A stretch of 64,000 bases of DNA from a virus (lineage: Duplodnaviria > Caudoviricetes). A program made the position numbers and the translations under genes. Under the pieces are notes generated by a model. That model ran no database searches. It worked only from the letters and a program-made list of their open reading frames with translations, and was not told the DNA's origin. Of the stretch, positions 1 through 8,749 are shown in pieces (within the stretch, counting starts at the first letter, position 1; each line of letters begins with the position of its first letter). Where the stretch lies: the IMG/VR virus record IMGVR_UViG_3300017987_005501. One strand, 5' to 3'.

Positions 1-1561
1 GCTTTCCTGTCGCCGGGACGGCAAATTCGTTCGTAACTCCACCTTGCCAAAATCCAGCAAATTCCCCAAAGTTGTATGTCCCCGGTTGGGCATATAACCT
101 TAGGCTTGGGTTTGGGTAAGAAGAGTCCTGTCCCGTTGTTGGCTCAACCCTTAAATCCCTAATTCCGTCGATTGTTACGGCATTTTCTTTAATATGCCCA
201 TAGGGGGTTAAAGACTCGTCAAGCCTATCCCCCAAGGAATCCCTATTTCCTCGGGCATCTACAATTTCAGGACTTGCGCCCATGTTTAGGAAAGGTCTGA
301 TATCTTCAACATCATCTTTTGTTATTGCTTTTACCGACCCGGGGATACTTCTTCCATCATCCTGAACTATTAAAATTGCAATGGGCAACTCGTCGTCCGG
401 GGCCTCTGGGTTCGCTGTGGAAGCATCTGGGCGAGTTGCAATTTCTATACCTTGGGTTACGGTAATTAAATCAGCAGCTGGGGTTGTTCCTGTATCATCC
501 TTCATTAAAGAGATCAGGACTTTTTGGTAATACCCAGCATTTGTGATGGCATTTAATTGGTGATTGCCCCCAAACCCTAAATCTATTATAGTTGTTGGAA
601 ATCTTAAGATATCAGTCCCATCAACATAAACTAAACCTTGATTTATAGTAACAGTTGTTCCTAAGGGGTTAACATCCAAGTTTGTTATTGGAAATTCTAT
701 AGGAAGACCCGCAATTGGAACAAATCTTCTCTTATCATCTACTGTCCACAAGCCTGTAGTCGGGTCGATATAAGTCTCTGCGACCTTAACATGGAAATCT
801 GTGGGCCAAAGTTCATTATATGTTAAATTCCCAGAAGAATCTACATACCATTTTCTTGGAATATTGGGAGAAGCAAGCGTTGCAGATCCCGCTTGAATCG
901 TAAATTTATGATCTCCAACGTAGCCCCACCCAGAATCCCAAACGACCTGGTTTGTTCCCACAGTGGCAATAGCCAAACCATCCCCAACATAATTTCTGGC
1001 TGAGAAAATTCTCAAATCCTCAATTTGGTCTGCGGAGATAGATTCGTTCAAGGCTTGCCTATTTAGCCTTGCAATAGGGACAATGAATTCGGTTTCAAAA
1101 TCTACTGTCGGGATAGAGGTTCCTTCAGCAATTCTTAATTCAATATAGATCTGCCTGCGGGTAGCTGTTTCTGTTCCAATGTCTGGGTCTATAATATTAG
1201 GATCCTCTGTCGAATCAACGGGCTCGAACTTATAATAAATATAAACTAGGTCGACTCTAGATCCACCTAAAGGCGTTGTTAAATTAGAAAGGACTCTATA
1301 GGTAGGAAGCCTTAAAAAATTTCCTGAATTATAATAAATACCAGACCTAATTCCAACCTCATTAGGCTCCCCAGTAGAAAAAACTTGATAGCTATCCCCA
1401 AAAGGCCCATCCCCAACCCCAACTTCAGAGAGGAGATTCGACATTTCTGCTTGGATATCTTGTAATTCATTTAACTCAGAATCTAAGATTGATCGTTTTT
1501 CGTTAAATACTACACGATCATAGTTCTTATCTGGATCAAATGTATTGCGTGAAACAGTCAT
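1..1561 (-). CDS. Tail fibre/baseplate-attached protein, DUF4815-like N-terminus (runs off the window; not in ORF track)
   Basis: Manually translated: ATG at 1561 gives MTVSRNTFDPDKNYDRVVFNEKRSILDSELNELQDI, open to position 1; later IIDPDIGTETATRRQI. Shares LDSELN and IIDP..ET.RR with 1586..5098. Confidence 0.75.
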   Translation of the reverse strand, partial: MTVSRNTFDPDKNYDRVVFNEKRSILDSELNELQDIQAEMSNLLSEVGVGDGPFGDSYQVFSTGEPNEVGIRSGIYYNSGNFLRLPTYRVLSNLTTPLGGSRVDLVYIYYKFEPVDSTEDPNIIDPDIGTETATRRQIYIELRIAEGTSIPTVDFETEFIVPIARLNRQALNESISADQIEDLRIFSARNYVGDGLAIATVGTNQVVWDSGWGYVGDHKFTIQAGSATLASPNIPRKWYVDSSGNLTYNELWPTDFHVKVAETYIDPTTGLWTVDDKRRFVPIAGLPIEFPITNLDVNPLGTTVTINQGLVYVDGTDILRFPTTIIDLGFGGNHQLNAITNAGYYQKVLISLMKDDTGTTPAADLITVTQGIEIATRPDASTANPEAPDDELPIAILIVQDDGRSIPGSVKAITKDDVEDIRPFLNMGASPEIVDARGNRDSLGDRLDESLTPYGHIKENAVTIDGIRDLRVEPTTGQDSSYPNPSLRLYAQPGTYNFGEFAGFWQGGVTNEFAVPATGK

Positions 1562-1585
1562 TTTTTAGTTTATCCTCATCTAAAT

Positions 1586-4500
1586 TTAGAAGTTCTGCCT
1601 TTGCGCAATTCCACCCGAAGGAACTTCGTAATCCGTTCCGCCCGAGAAACCGTCACCATATTTCTTTGTTGGTTTCACAGTAGGTCTTCCAATACACCTA
1701 TAAACGTCATATGCAATATGAAGATTTCCAAGAGAATCCGGAAGGGAATAATTAGAATCCATAATGGTTGTAGACCCTTCATTAATTGTCACGCTACCTT
1801 TTGGAAGGAGGAAAAGCAAATCATCCGTAGTGAGTAAACCACCCACGGGATCAATAAACCTAATAATGCTTCCACCTAATTCAATATATGACTTTCCTAG
1901 TATTTGTAAGACACCATTTCTGTAAACTTGTAATTGCCCTCCAGGGGTGAAATCAAAAGAAACGGTAAAGTCTGTTTGGCCATCAAATGTTGGGTTTTGG
2001 AAATCTGATTGGCTATCAACTACTGTTGTTGTTTGGCTACTAATCCCTAGATTCTTTCCTAAACTAGAAACAACAAACATTAATAGTTCGCCCGTAGTGG
2101 GATGCTCAACTAGGCCATACCAGCAGCCTTGGATATTGATAAGCTCGTTAAGAAGAGGAACGGTAACCACTTCCATTGCATTGTCTTCTGAAATAGTTCC
2201 GTTTTTATCCGCCATTACCCAGAAATAAAAGTCAATACCTCTTTTTGGTTCTTCTGGCAGTGGGGTACTTGGGCTTGTAATGAAGTCTCTAATATCCTGA
2301 ACAAAAATACGTTGTCCAGTATAAGGAAGAACCCCTGTTCCTCTTGATGGGTCGTTGTTTTGCTCCGAGAACCTATAATAGGTAGAAGGAAGACCCCCGA
2401 AAGGAGTTAGCTCTACAGTTGAAGTAAGATCTGAATCATCCCCATCTGAAGGCATTGGGAGCCTGCTTGAAACGTTAACCAATAGGTTACTTCTTAAGGA
2501 AGGCTCGTCCCCTCCGGTTCCTAGATTGTGGATTACACCAGATTTTCCTAAAGACCTGATAATTGCCTTATTAATATTTTGGTTATTACCTTGATAAGGC
2601 TCGTGGTCATAGTAGAAGTTAATTTTATCTGATGTTGTTGGGGTATACGAGTGGTTAACCACTAAGTCAATACTAGAAACAGTTGCAGGGGGTATTACGG
2701 TTGTGTATGTAACAGTAATTGCGTTTGTCCCGAATCCAGTAATTGCTGAAATTTCATATGTAGATCCCGGGGATGTTGTGGTTTGGGGAGCCCCGGCGTA
2801 AACCCCTCCAGCTAATGCTTGATAGCTGATATAATCAGTATTAAGCCCCGTCCCATCTGGGTCAAAAGCAAAAACATCATAAATTAACTCATTAGTTGGC
2901 GCCGTAAAGATTACCTGGTTAGTTCCGTCAGGGGTTCCAGTTAGTAAGGCAGTTTTTGCGAAGTCAGTAGCACCTTTAGTGACCTTCTCATAAATGCAAT
3001 GATAATTTTCTAGGGCAAGGCTATACCGAACAACATCTGCGGTAGAAAATACCTGAGTAAACGTGATAATGAAATTCCCGTCAACGCCTCTTTCAACCGA
3101 CTCTGTCGGAATTGTAATAAAGCCACTTGGTGTTAACTTCTCAAATTTAATAAAACCTAAAGCAGTTTGCCCGACGGGTGGGACTAATTGAACTGCGTTT
3201 CCATCGGCATTAAATACGCCGGAGGGGAAATCTGTTTTAGTATTATAGGAAGCAGTTCCATTTCCTTGGAAATGCCCGATATAAAGTCTTGTATATCCCG
3301 TTTTTGTAGTAGTAAAATCTTCGTAATTATAATCCACTACGCTATCCGCGTATCCCCCAATAACTGGAAGACTTTGAAGATTAGGTCTTTCAAATTTGGG
3401 GACAATTCTTGAAGAATCATTTGTTTCAACAAAACCCATATACTTAGATTCGTCTGCCTTTTCAATTAAATACATTGCTTCTGGAACGTATCTAAAGCCT
3501 CCACCCCGAGCAACGTCAATTGAATAAAGGATATCAATAATCCCAGCAGTACCGGAAGCAACAAATGTTGGGTCTGTTGCATCTAAGAAAGCATAGGAAG
3601 TTGTATCCCCTAGACCAAACCAATTATCTGTAGCACCCGTTAAACCAGTAACTAAATTAACCGGGAGTCCGCTTTCTCTCCAGGTTAGGGTAGGAACTGC
3701 GTTAGCGATTACTGACCCTTCCGGGGATAACAGGGGGTTAAGATTAATAGTGACCTGTGGGCCAGTTACAACGTTTGCGTTATATTGAATAGTAACTGAA
3801 GATAAATAACCAGAACCGGATGAAGGGCAAGCCGAGTCGTCTGTAATTCCACCATGTGCCGTTGCGTCAGACATATCCAGGCATGCAGTTCTATTTTCAA
3901 TTTTTCCCTTATCTGAAAAGAATCTTCTACTATTATCTGCCGAAGCAAAATGATAAATTCCAGGTTGTGTCACGGAGGGACCTGAAATTCCATCTGCTTC
4001 CATTAGGGTATTTCCATAAACAATTCCAGTCATATCCGTACTAAATTGTTCCTGGTGTTTTCCATATACTAATGAGTTGAAATTCTCTTCCAGAATGCTA
4101 TGATAGTCCGTATTTGCAACTTGTTTACGGACATCCATCAGATCCCTCTTAGAAACTTCATCATAATAAAGACCGTCTGGGCGATCCGAAATTGTGTTGG
4201 GGTAAAGAGAGACAGAAACTGAACTTCCGTTTGGGTTAGTTGCAATATCCCAGGCCGAGCTATTTCTTCTAGAAACGGCGATTAGTGGAATTGAGTAAAT
4301 ATAACCATCAGCAGTTCCTAAAGTTTCAGCAGCCGTATCTGATCCGTCTCCAGCAACCCAAAGACCAGGGTCTTTCCAAGAGGTATCCCCAGCCCAAAGG
4401 TAACCATAAGATGTATCTGTTGAATTTGGTCCTTGTGCCCTAATAGATGGGTCTTCTAACCCATTAGGGTACGTATTGAAATCAATGGTTTCAACAATTC

Positions 4501-5098
4501 TAATTTTATATTGTAATTGAATCCTACGGGTAGTTTCAATATTTCCTTGGGGGTCAATAATCTGATCAGGGAGATTAGTTCCAGAGTATTGGGTATTCCC
4601 GTAACGCCAAACGGTTGTTTGAGAAGGCTTATTAGTGTCGTCATTTGGAGCAATATTTGCCAACCAAACCTCTAGGAATAAGAAATTAACCTTGCTGAGA
4701 GAAGTTGGAGATGGCGGCAGTTCGATTGCGAGCCAATCCGTATCTGGATATTGCCCACCATTTACGGCAGACCCTTTTACGGGAACAGTCCAACCGTTAA
4801 CTAGAGCCACAAAATTTTGAAGCAACAGTTCGTTAGGCTCTAGCCCAGTGTATGTTGAGTCTAAAGTTGGAACGAAGATTTGCTCATAACCAGCTTCTCT
4901 AAAATCAAGAATACCACTAGGGTATTTTGATCTTAGGTATTGGGCATAGGCTTCGTTTTGGGTTTGCCAAATAAAGTTTAACTCCGAATCTAAAACGGGA
5001 GTCCCACATTCAAATGTTACCCCCCAATAGTTTCTATCTTTGGCATCTAAAACTCTTGTGATATTAGGTCCAAATCTTGTTTCGTTTGGCGTCGACAT
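1586..5098 (-). CDS. Large tail fibre/baseplate structural protein (1170 aa), DUF4815-like N-terminus
   Basis: RNYWGVTFECGTPVLDSELN and IIDPQGNIETTRRIQ motifs, Thr/Gly/Ser-rich beta body, distal position in the baseplate operon. Confidence 0.7.
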   Translation of the reverse strand: MSTPNETRFGPNITRVLDAKDRNYWGVTFECGTPVLDSELNFIWQTQNEAYAQYLRSKYPSGILDFREAGYEQIFVPTLDSTYTGLEPNELLLQNFVALVNGWTVPVKGSAVNGGQYPDTDWLAIELPPSPTSLSKVNFLFLEVWLANIAPNDDTNKPSQTTVWRYGNTQYSGTNLPDQIIDPQGNIETTRRIQLQYKIRIVETIDFNTYPNGLEDPSIRAQGPNSTDTSYGYLWAGDTSWKDPGLWVAGDGSDTAAETLGTADGYIYSIPLIAVSRRNSSAWDIATNPNGSSVSVSLYPNTISDRPDGLYYDEVSKRDLMDVRKQVANTDYHSILEENFNSLVYGKHQEQFSTDMTGIVYGNTLMEADGISGPSVTQPGIYHFASADNSRRFFSDKGKIENRTACLDMSDATAHGGITDDSACPSSGSGYLSSVTIQYNANVVTGPQVTINLNPLLSPEGSVIANAVPTLTWRESGLPVNLVTGLTGATDNWFGLGDTTSYAFLDATDPTFVASGTAGIIDILYSIDVARGGGFRYVPEAMYLIEKADESKYMGFVETNDSSRIVPKFERPNLQSLPVIGGYADSVVDYNYEDFTTTKTGYTRLYIGHFQGNGTASYNTKTDFPSGVFNADGNAVQLVPPVGQTALGFIKFEKLTPSGFITIPTESVERGVDGNFIITFTQVFSTADVVRYSLALENYHCIYEKVTKGATDFAKTALLTGTPDGTNQVIFTAPTNELIYDVFAFDPDGTGLNTDYISYQALAGGVYAGAPQTTTSPGSTYEISAITGFGTNAITVTYTTVIPPATVSSIDLVVNHSYTPTTSDKINFYYDHEPYQGNNQNINKAIIRSLGKSGVIHNLGTGGDEPSLRSNLLVNVSSRLPMPSDGDDSDLTSTVELTPFGGLPSTYYRFSEQNNDPSRGTGVLPYTGQRIFVQDIRDFITSPSTPLPEEPKRGIDFYFWVMADKNGTISEDNAMEVVTVPLLNELINIQGCWYGLVEHPTTGELLMFVVSSLGKNLGISSQTTTVVDSQSDFQNPTFDGQTDFTVSFDFTPGGQLQVYRNGVLQILGKSYIELGGSIIRFIDPVGGLLTTDDLLFLLPKGSVTINEGSTTIMDSNYSLPDSLGNLHIAYDVYRCIGRPTVKPTKKYGDGFSGGTDYEVPSGGIAQRQNF

Positions 5099-5108
5099 CT
5101 ACATCTCC

Positions 5109-5543
5109 TTATGATTTCTTGATCTGCTCTGCTATATTTTTTAATTGTCGTGCAACTTTTTCAACATTGGGGTCCACAAAAAATCTGATTTCTTCCCCCT
5201 CCTCTTGTTGCAATGCATTTCTACCAATAAGAAGAGGTGTATCCAAGTTAGAGCGATCTGCCAATGTTGCGTAAGTTTTTATGCTTATGTCTTCTCTATC
5301 TTTTAATATGATTTCAATCTCTATGATTGGGCGGTCATCAGAACCATTAGCATTAATGATTTCTGCCTCGCCCACAATATTTCCATCCAATTTTAATTTT
5401 TTAGCTAATGCTTCATCGATACTGCAATTATCCGCTCCGGTATCAAACTTAGCAATTGCAATATGATTCTTGCCACCAGAATCTTTTAATAAAATTTCTT
5501 GTTTATAGTTAACAAAAACATCCATTAAGTGGTTATTCTCCAT
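5109..5543 (-). CDS. Retropepsin-like aspartic protease (RimK-associated 'ATP-dependent Zn protease' family, PF05618-like); start may be the ATG at 5525
   Basis: AKFDTGADNCSID (catalytic D-T-G) and LADRSNLDTPLLIGRNAL are typical of this family. Confidence 0.85.
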   Translation of the reverse strand: MENNHLMDVFVNYKQEILLKDSGGKNHIAIAKFDTGADNCSIDEALAKKLKLDGNIVGEAEIINANGSDDRPIIEIEIILKDREDISIKTYATLADRSNLDTPLLIGRNALQQEEGEEIRFFVDPNVEKVARQLKNIAEQIKKS

Positions 5544-6115
5544 ACAAACGTTAAAGTGGAGGTAGCACTTTTATTAATTACCGGAAACGTTTTATAATTA
5601 AACATGTAGCCGCTATTTGGAACGCCGGTTGCGTTCCCACCAAAAAGGCCCATTTCCACTAGAGGGCCTACGGCTTCCGACTCTGCAAAGATTGTAGTGT
5701 AATCAACAATGTTAGTTGGCGTTGAACTTTCATCACCACTTCCATCTGTCTTAATGTAGGCAGTTTTTGAAAAGGTTTTCCGGAATAATTCTGCTTCTAG
5801 CTGTGTTTGGGAACTAGTAGCCGCTGGTGGTTGCTGTAAATTCCACCCTATGGCCCCTGTTCCAACGGCTAAATATTGTAAGCCCCCTGTTAAGGTAGAT
5901 GGAGATTTTAATAAGATGCCCATTAAAACGGAGGCATCCTGGACAATTACATTTTTTCCTAGGTCAAAGTGAGTCTTTTCCCCAGTTCTTACATCCGTTA
6001 ACCAACCAAAAACATGTCCAGACACTTTCTGGAAAGCAGGCTCTGCAGGAACAACGATTTTCTGCTGCAAATTTAAAGTTTGGTTTTTAACCTTAAAGTT
6101 TTCGCGAATAGTCAT
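5525..6115 (-). CDS. Tail-collar/fibre-attachment baseplate protein
   Basis: YLAVGTG, TQLEAELFRK, EAVGPLVEMGLFGG, MFNYKTFPVINK...LTFVWRI resemble myovirus tail-collar proteins; lies between wedge and fibre genes. Confidence 0.65.
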   Translation of the reverse strand: MTIRENFKVKNQTLNLQQKIVVPAEPAFQKVSGHVFGWLTDVRTGEKTHFDLGKNVIVQDASVLMGILLKSPSTLTGGLQYLAVGTGAIGWNLQQPPAATSSQTQLEAELFRKTFSKTAYIKTDGSGDESSTPTNIVDYTTIFAESEAVGPLVEMGLFGGNATGVPNSGYMFNYKTFPVINKSATSTLTFVWRITT

Positions 6116-6132
6116 TATTAATCTCCATGTCC

Positions 6133-6303
6133 TTATAAATTTTCATTGTATGGAAGACGGTTTTTTCTCCAAACATGGGAGAATAAAACGTCTTTTAGCA
6201 TAGAAGTCTTTTTAGAAGTCCTTCTTTGTTTATTTGCTAAACTCTTATGTTTTTTTTGGATTAAGTTGTAATTAGTGCTTTTTAGGTTCGGACGCTTATT
6301 CAT
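6133..6303 (-). CDS. Small Lys/Arg-rich protein (about 56 aa; likely start MNKRPN at 6303 rather than 6315)
   Basis: GGAG Shine-Dalgarno before the ATG at 6303; a copy of the 13-bp motif lies upstream at 6354..6366. Confidence 0.5.
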   Translation of the reverse strand: MNKRPNLKSTNYNLIQKKHKSLANKQRRTSKKTSMLKDVLFSHVWRKNRLPYNENL

Positions 6304-6353
6304 ATTCTTCTCCATTTAATTTCAAGTAATTTACATTTTTATAACCAAAAAAG

Positions 6354-6366
6354 TAGTGAATTATTA
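6354..6366 (-). promoter_or_regulatory. Conserved intergenic motif copy (coding strand TAATAATTCACTA)
   Basis: Plus strand tagtgaattatta, intergenic, 51 nt above the ATG at 6303. Confidence 0.5.
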
Positions 6367-6382
6367 CGTTTTTAAGGTCAAT

Positions 6383-8749
6383 TTACAGATAAATTATAGT
6401 TCCACCACTTGCATAGATCCCTCGGACCTGGTCTACTGGGGTGGGGAAATCTTCAAACTCGGATCCAACATTTTCTGTTAGCCAATAATTGGTGGTAGTT
6501 GAAGTAAAAGGATCACTTGAGGGGGCAGTTTTTCCATAATTCAGGCTATGCAATAATTGTTGCTCCCTATCTAACTCAAAGCTTGTTACTGGGCTCGCAG
6601 CAATAGCTTTTACCGGCCAGAAATTAGTAATTAAATAATAGGTTAAGCCCCCTGAAACCTCGTAAGTTTCTTCAAAAGATCCTACATCGACATTAAATCC
6701 TTGCTCATCACAGGCTGGGGATAAATCATAAAGTCCCGTTCCATCCACCAAAATATCAAATTTTGTTCGGGAATACTTTGGATCCATATAATCATTTCCA
6801 ATAACCTGAATTGACTCGTTTAAGAGGATTGTATCGTTAATGATAGACCCGAGGCTATTCAAAATATATGGATCTGTGAATTCAAATCGTTCTGCTATAC
6901 ATCTTTTAGCACTTTGGGTAAGAACAACCGGAGGAGTTGGCCAATTTATAAACTCAGCAGAGTCTACAGCATGTAAAGATTCTCCAATCGGGTTGTCGTT
7001 AGGGTCTGTTGGGTCATCAATTAAGCTCCAATCGTTATAATTTGGGTCTGGCCCTCCAATTTTAGTTCCTCTGGGGCCCTCGTTTGATAAAACGTGATAA
7101 CTATTTGTTCTATTTTTATTTTCTTTATAGTCCCAGAAATTAGAAACTAAGGTTGATCTGCTGTTAGTTAAAGAAGAATAATTAATATCGAAAGCTTCCC
7201 ATCCCCATTTCCATTGAACAGGGTCACATAAGCTTCTATCAATATCTGTGTCCTCGCAATCTCTTGTGAAACATCTATGCTGAATTGCATAATTGGAAGG
7301 GCCCGTTGCTTCTCCGGGAACCACATTTCCAATTATGCTAGGGCCCCACCCGTTAGTTGTTAATCCTGCCGTATTTGTTTTTAATGTTAATATGGGATTT
7401 GGGAAATATGAGTAGTTAATCGTAACAGTGGCACCTGGTGGAGGTGGAAAAATTAAAACTATCGTTCCTTCGACTGGAAGAATTTCGTCCACCCCAACTA
7501 AGATACCATTAATATAAACTTTTACATCGTCTACGGAATCTGCTAATCTTACAGGTTCCTCCGCTTTTGTGATAGGAGAAAACCTAGTTCGAAAAACTCT
7601 ATTTCCAAGAATATTTGGATTATATAGCTCTTCGCCCAAAACGGTAGTAAGTTTTCTAAGCTCGTCGCAGCATTTTCGGGCGTCATCATAATCGTAATCT
7701 GCATAATCGTTATGGGAATTATCACAAAAAGCAGTTTCATCAAGCTTTTGTTTAACCAGGAAACCATTATCTATTTGTGGGTTTACAGGGAACCCATCTA
7801 TTCTTAAACCATCCCCTTCAACCAGGTCTGCAATTGTTAAGGGAATGCCAGAAGCATCCTCAATAATCGCGTCATCCTGGATTTTAACAGGAACCCCCGC
7901 AACATTTAAGAAGTCATCCTGAATAAAATCAAGAATTCCCTCTACTCGGTTATCAATAATTCCTATAGTAGCTGTTTGTTTAATCGAATAATCCCTAATA
8001 ACTTTATAGGCAGAGAAATATCCGTCTTCTTCCAAGAGAGTTCGGCACCCAGCTTGTAGTTTAAAAATCTCAGCAAAAATAAATCTAATTAAATATAGGG
8101 TATGTGCGGGTCGAATTACTTCTGATAAGTATTCCAAGCCAGTTTGTAATTGTTGCAGCGATAACCCTTCTGCGTCCAACTGATCAGTAACAGTGATATC
8201 GTATCTCCACTTAAATTGGTCACTGATATCATAAATACCATTAGGATCACGAGGAGGAGTTTGCTCAAATAGTTCAACAACCTTAGTCGGTGCCTTTGTA
8301 AAGATTTGAACTCCACTTTCAATCGAGGAGGGCCTTGCGCCATTTAATAAGACTGCCAAGATTGAAAGAAGAAAGGATCTGTATTTCTCGTCACTAAAAG
8401 ATGCTGGAACATTATATTTAACGTCAACGTCGTGTAGAAGGTATCCTAGGTTAGTGAAAAGAAACGCAGCCCTTGTCGTTACATAATGATTGTCCGCAAG
8501 AACATCTTCAGAGGATAACCTCAAGATAGCCGACTCAATCGCGATAGCATTTAAAAATTGGGTGTAGTTAGGACCCAGGATATCGCTAATATAGTTAGAG
8601 GGCAATAAGGTTAAAAGAGTCTCAAGAAGTTCCTGAGACCTTAAAATTAGTTCTTTACGGGTTTCCTTACTATCTCTAAGAGCTAAAGATTGTAAATACC
8701 GCGATTTTGTTGAATCGTAATTTCCTAGACTAAAAGGATCTATTGCCAT
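6383..8749 (-). CDS. Baseplate wedge protein (P2 gpI/T4 gp7-like N-terminal module)
   Basis: YRSFLLSILAVLLNGARPSSIESGVQIF and EVIRPAHTLY motifs; immediately downstream of baseplate J with TAATG-type coupling. Confidence 0.7.
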   Translation of the reverse strand: MAIDPFSLGNYDSTKSRYLQSLALRDSKETRKELILRSQELLETLLTLLPSNYISDILGPNYTQFLNAIAIESAILRLSSEDVLADNHYVTTRAAFLFTNLGYLLHDVDVKYNVPASFSDEKYRSFLLSILAVLLNGARPSSIESGVQIFTKAPTKVVELFEQTPPRDPNGIYDISDQFKWRYDITVTDQLDAEGLSLQQLQTGLEYLSEVIRPAHTLYLIRFIFAEIFKLQAGCRTLLEEDGYFSAYKVIRDYSIKQTATIGIIDNRVEGILDFIQDDFLNVAGVPVKIQDDAIIEDASGIPLTIADLVEGDGLRIDGFPVNPQIDNGFLVKQKLDETAFCDNSHNDYADYDYDDARKCCDELRKLTTVLGEELYNPNILGNRVFRTRFSPITKAEEPVRLADSVDDVKVYINGILVGVDEILPVEGTIVLIFPPPPGATVTINYSYFPNPILTLKTNTAGLTTNGWGPSIIGNVVPGEATGPSNYAIQHRCFTRDCEDTDIDRSLCDPVQWKWGWEAFDINYSSLTNSRSTLVSNFWDYKENKNRTNSYHVLSNEGPRGTKIGGPDPNYNDWSLIDDPTDPNDNPIGESLHAVDSAEFINWPTPPVVLTQSAKRCIAERFEFTDPYILNSLGSIINDTILLNESIQVIGNDYMDPKYSRTKFDILVDGTGLYDLSPACDEQGFNVDVGSFEETYEVSGGLTYYLITNFWPVKAIAASPVTSFELDREQQLLHSLNYGKTAPSSDPFTSTTTNYWLTENVGSEFEDFPTPVDQVRGIYASGGTIIYL

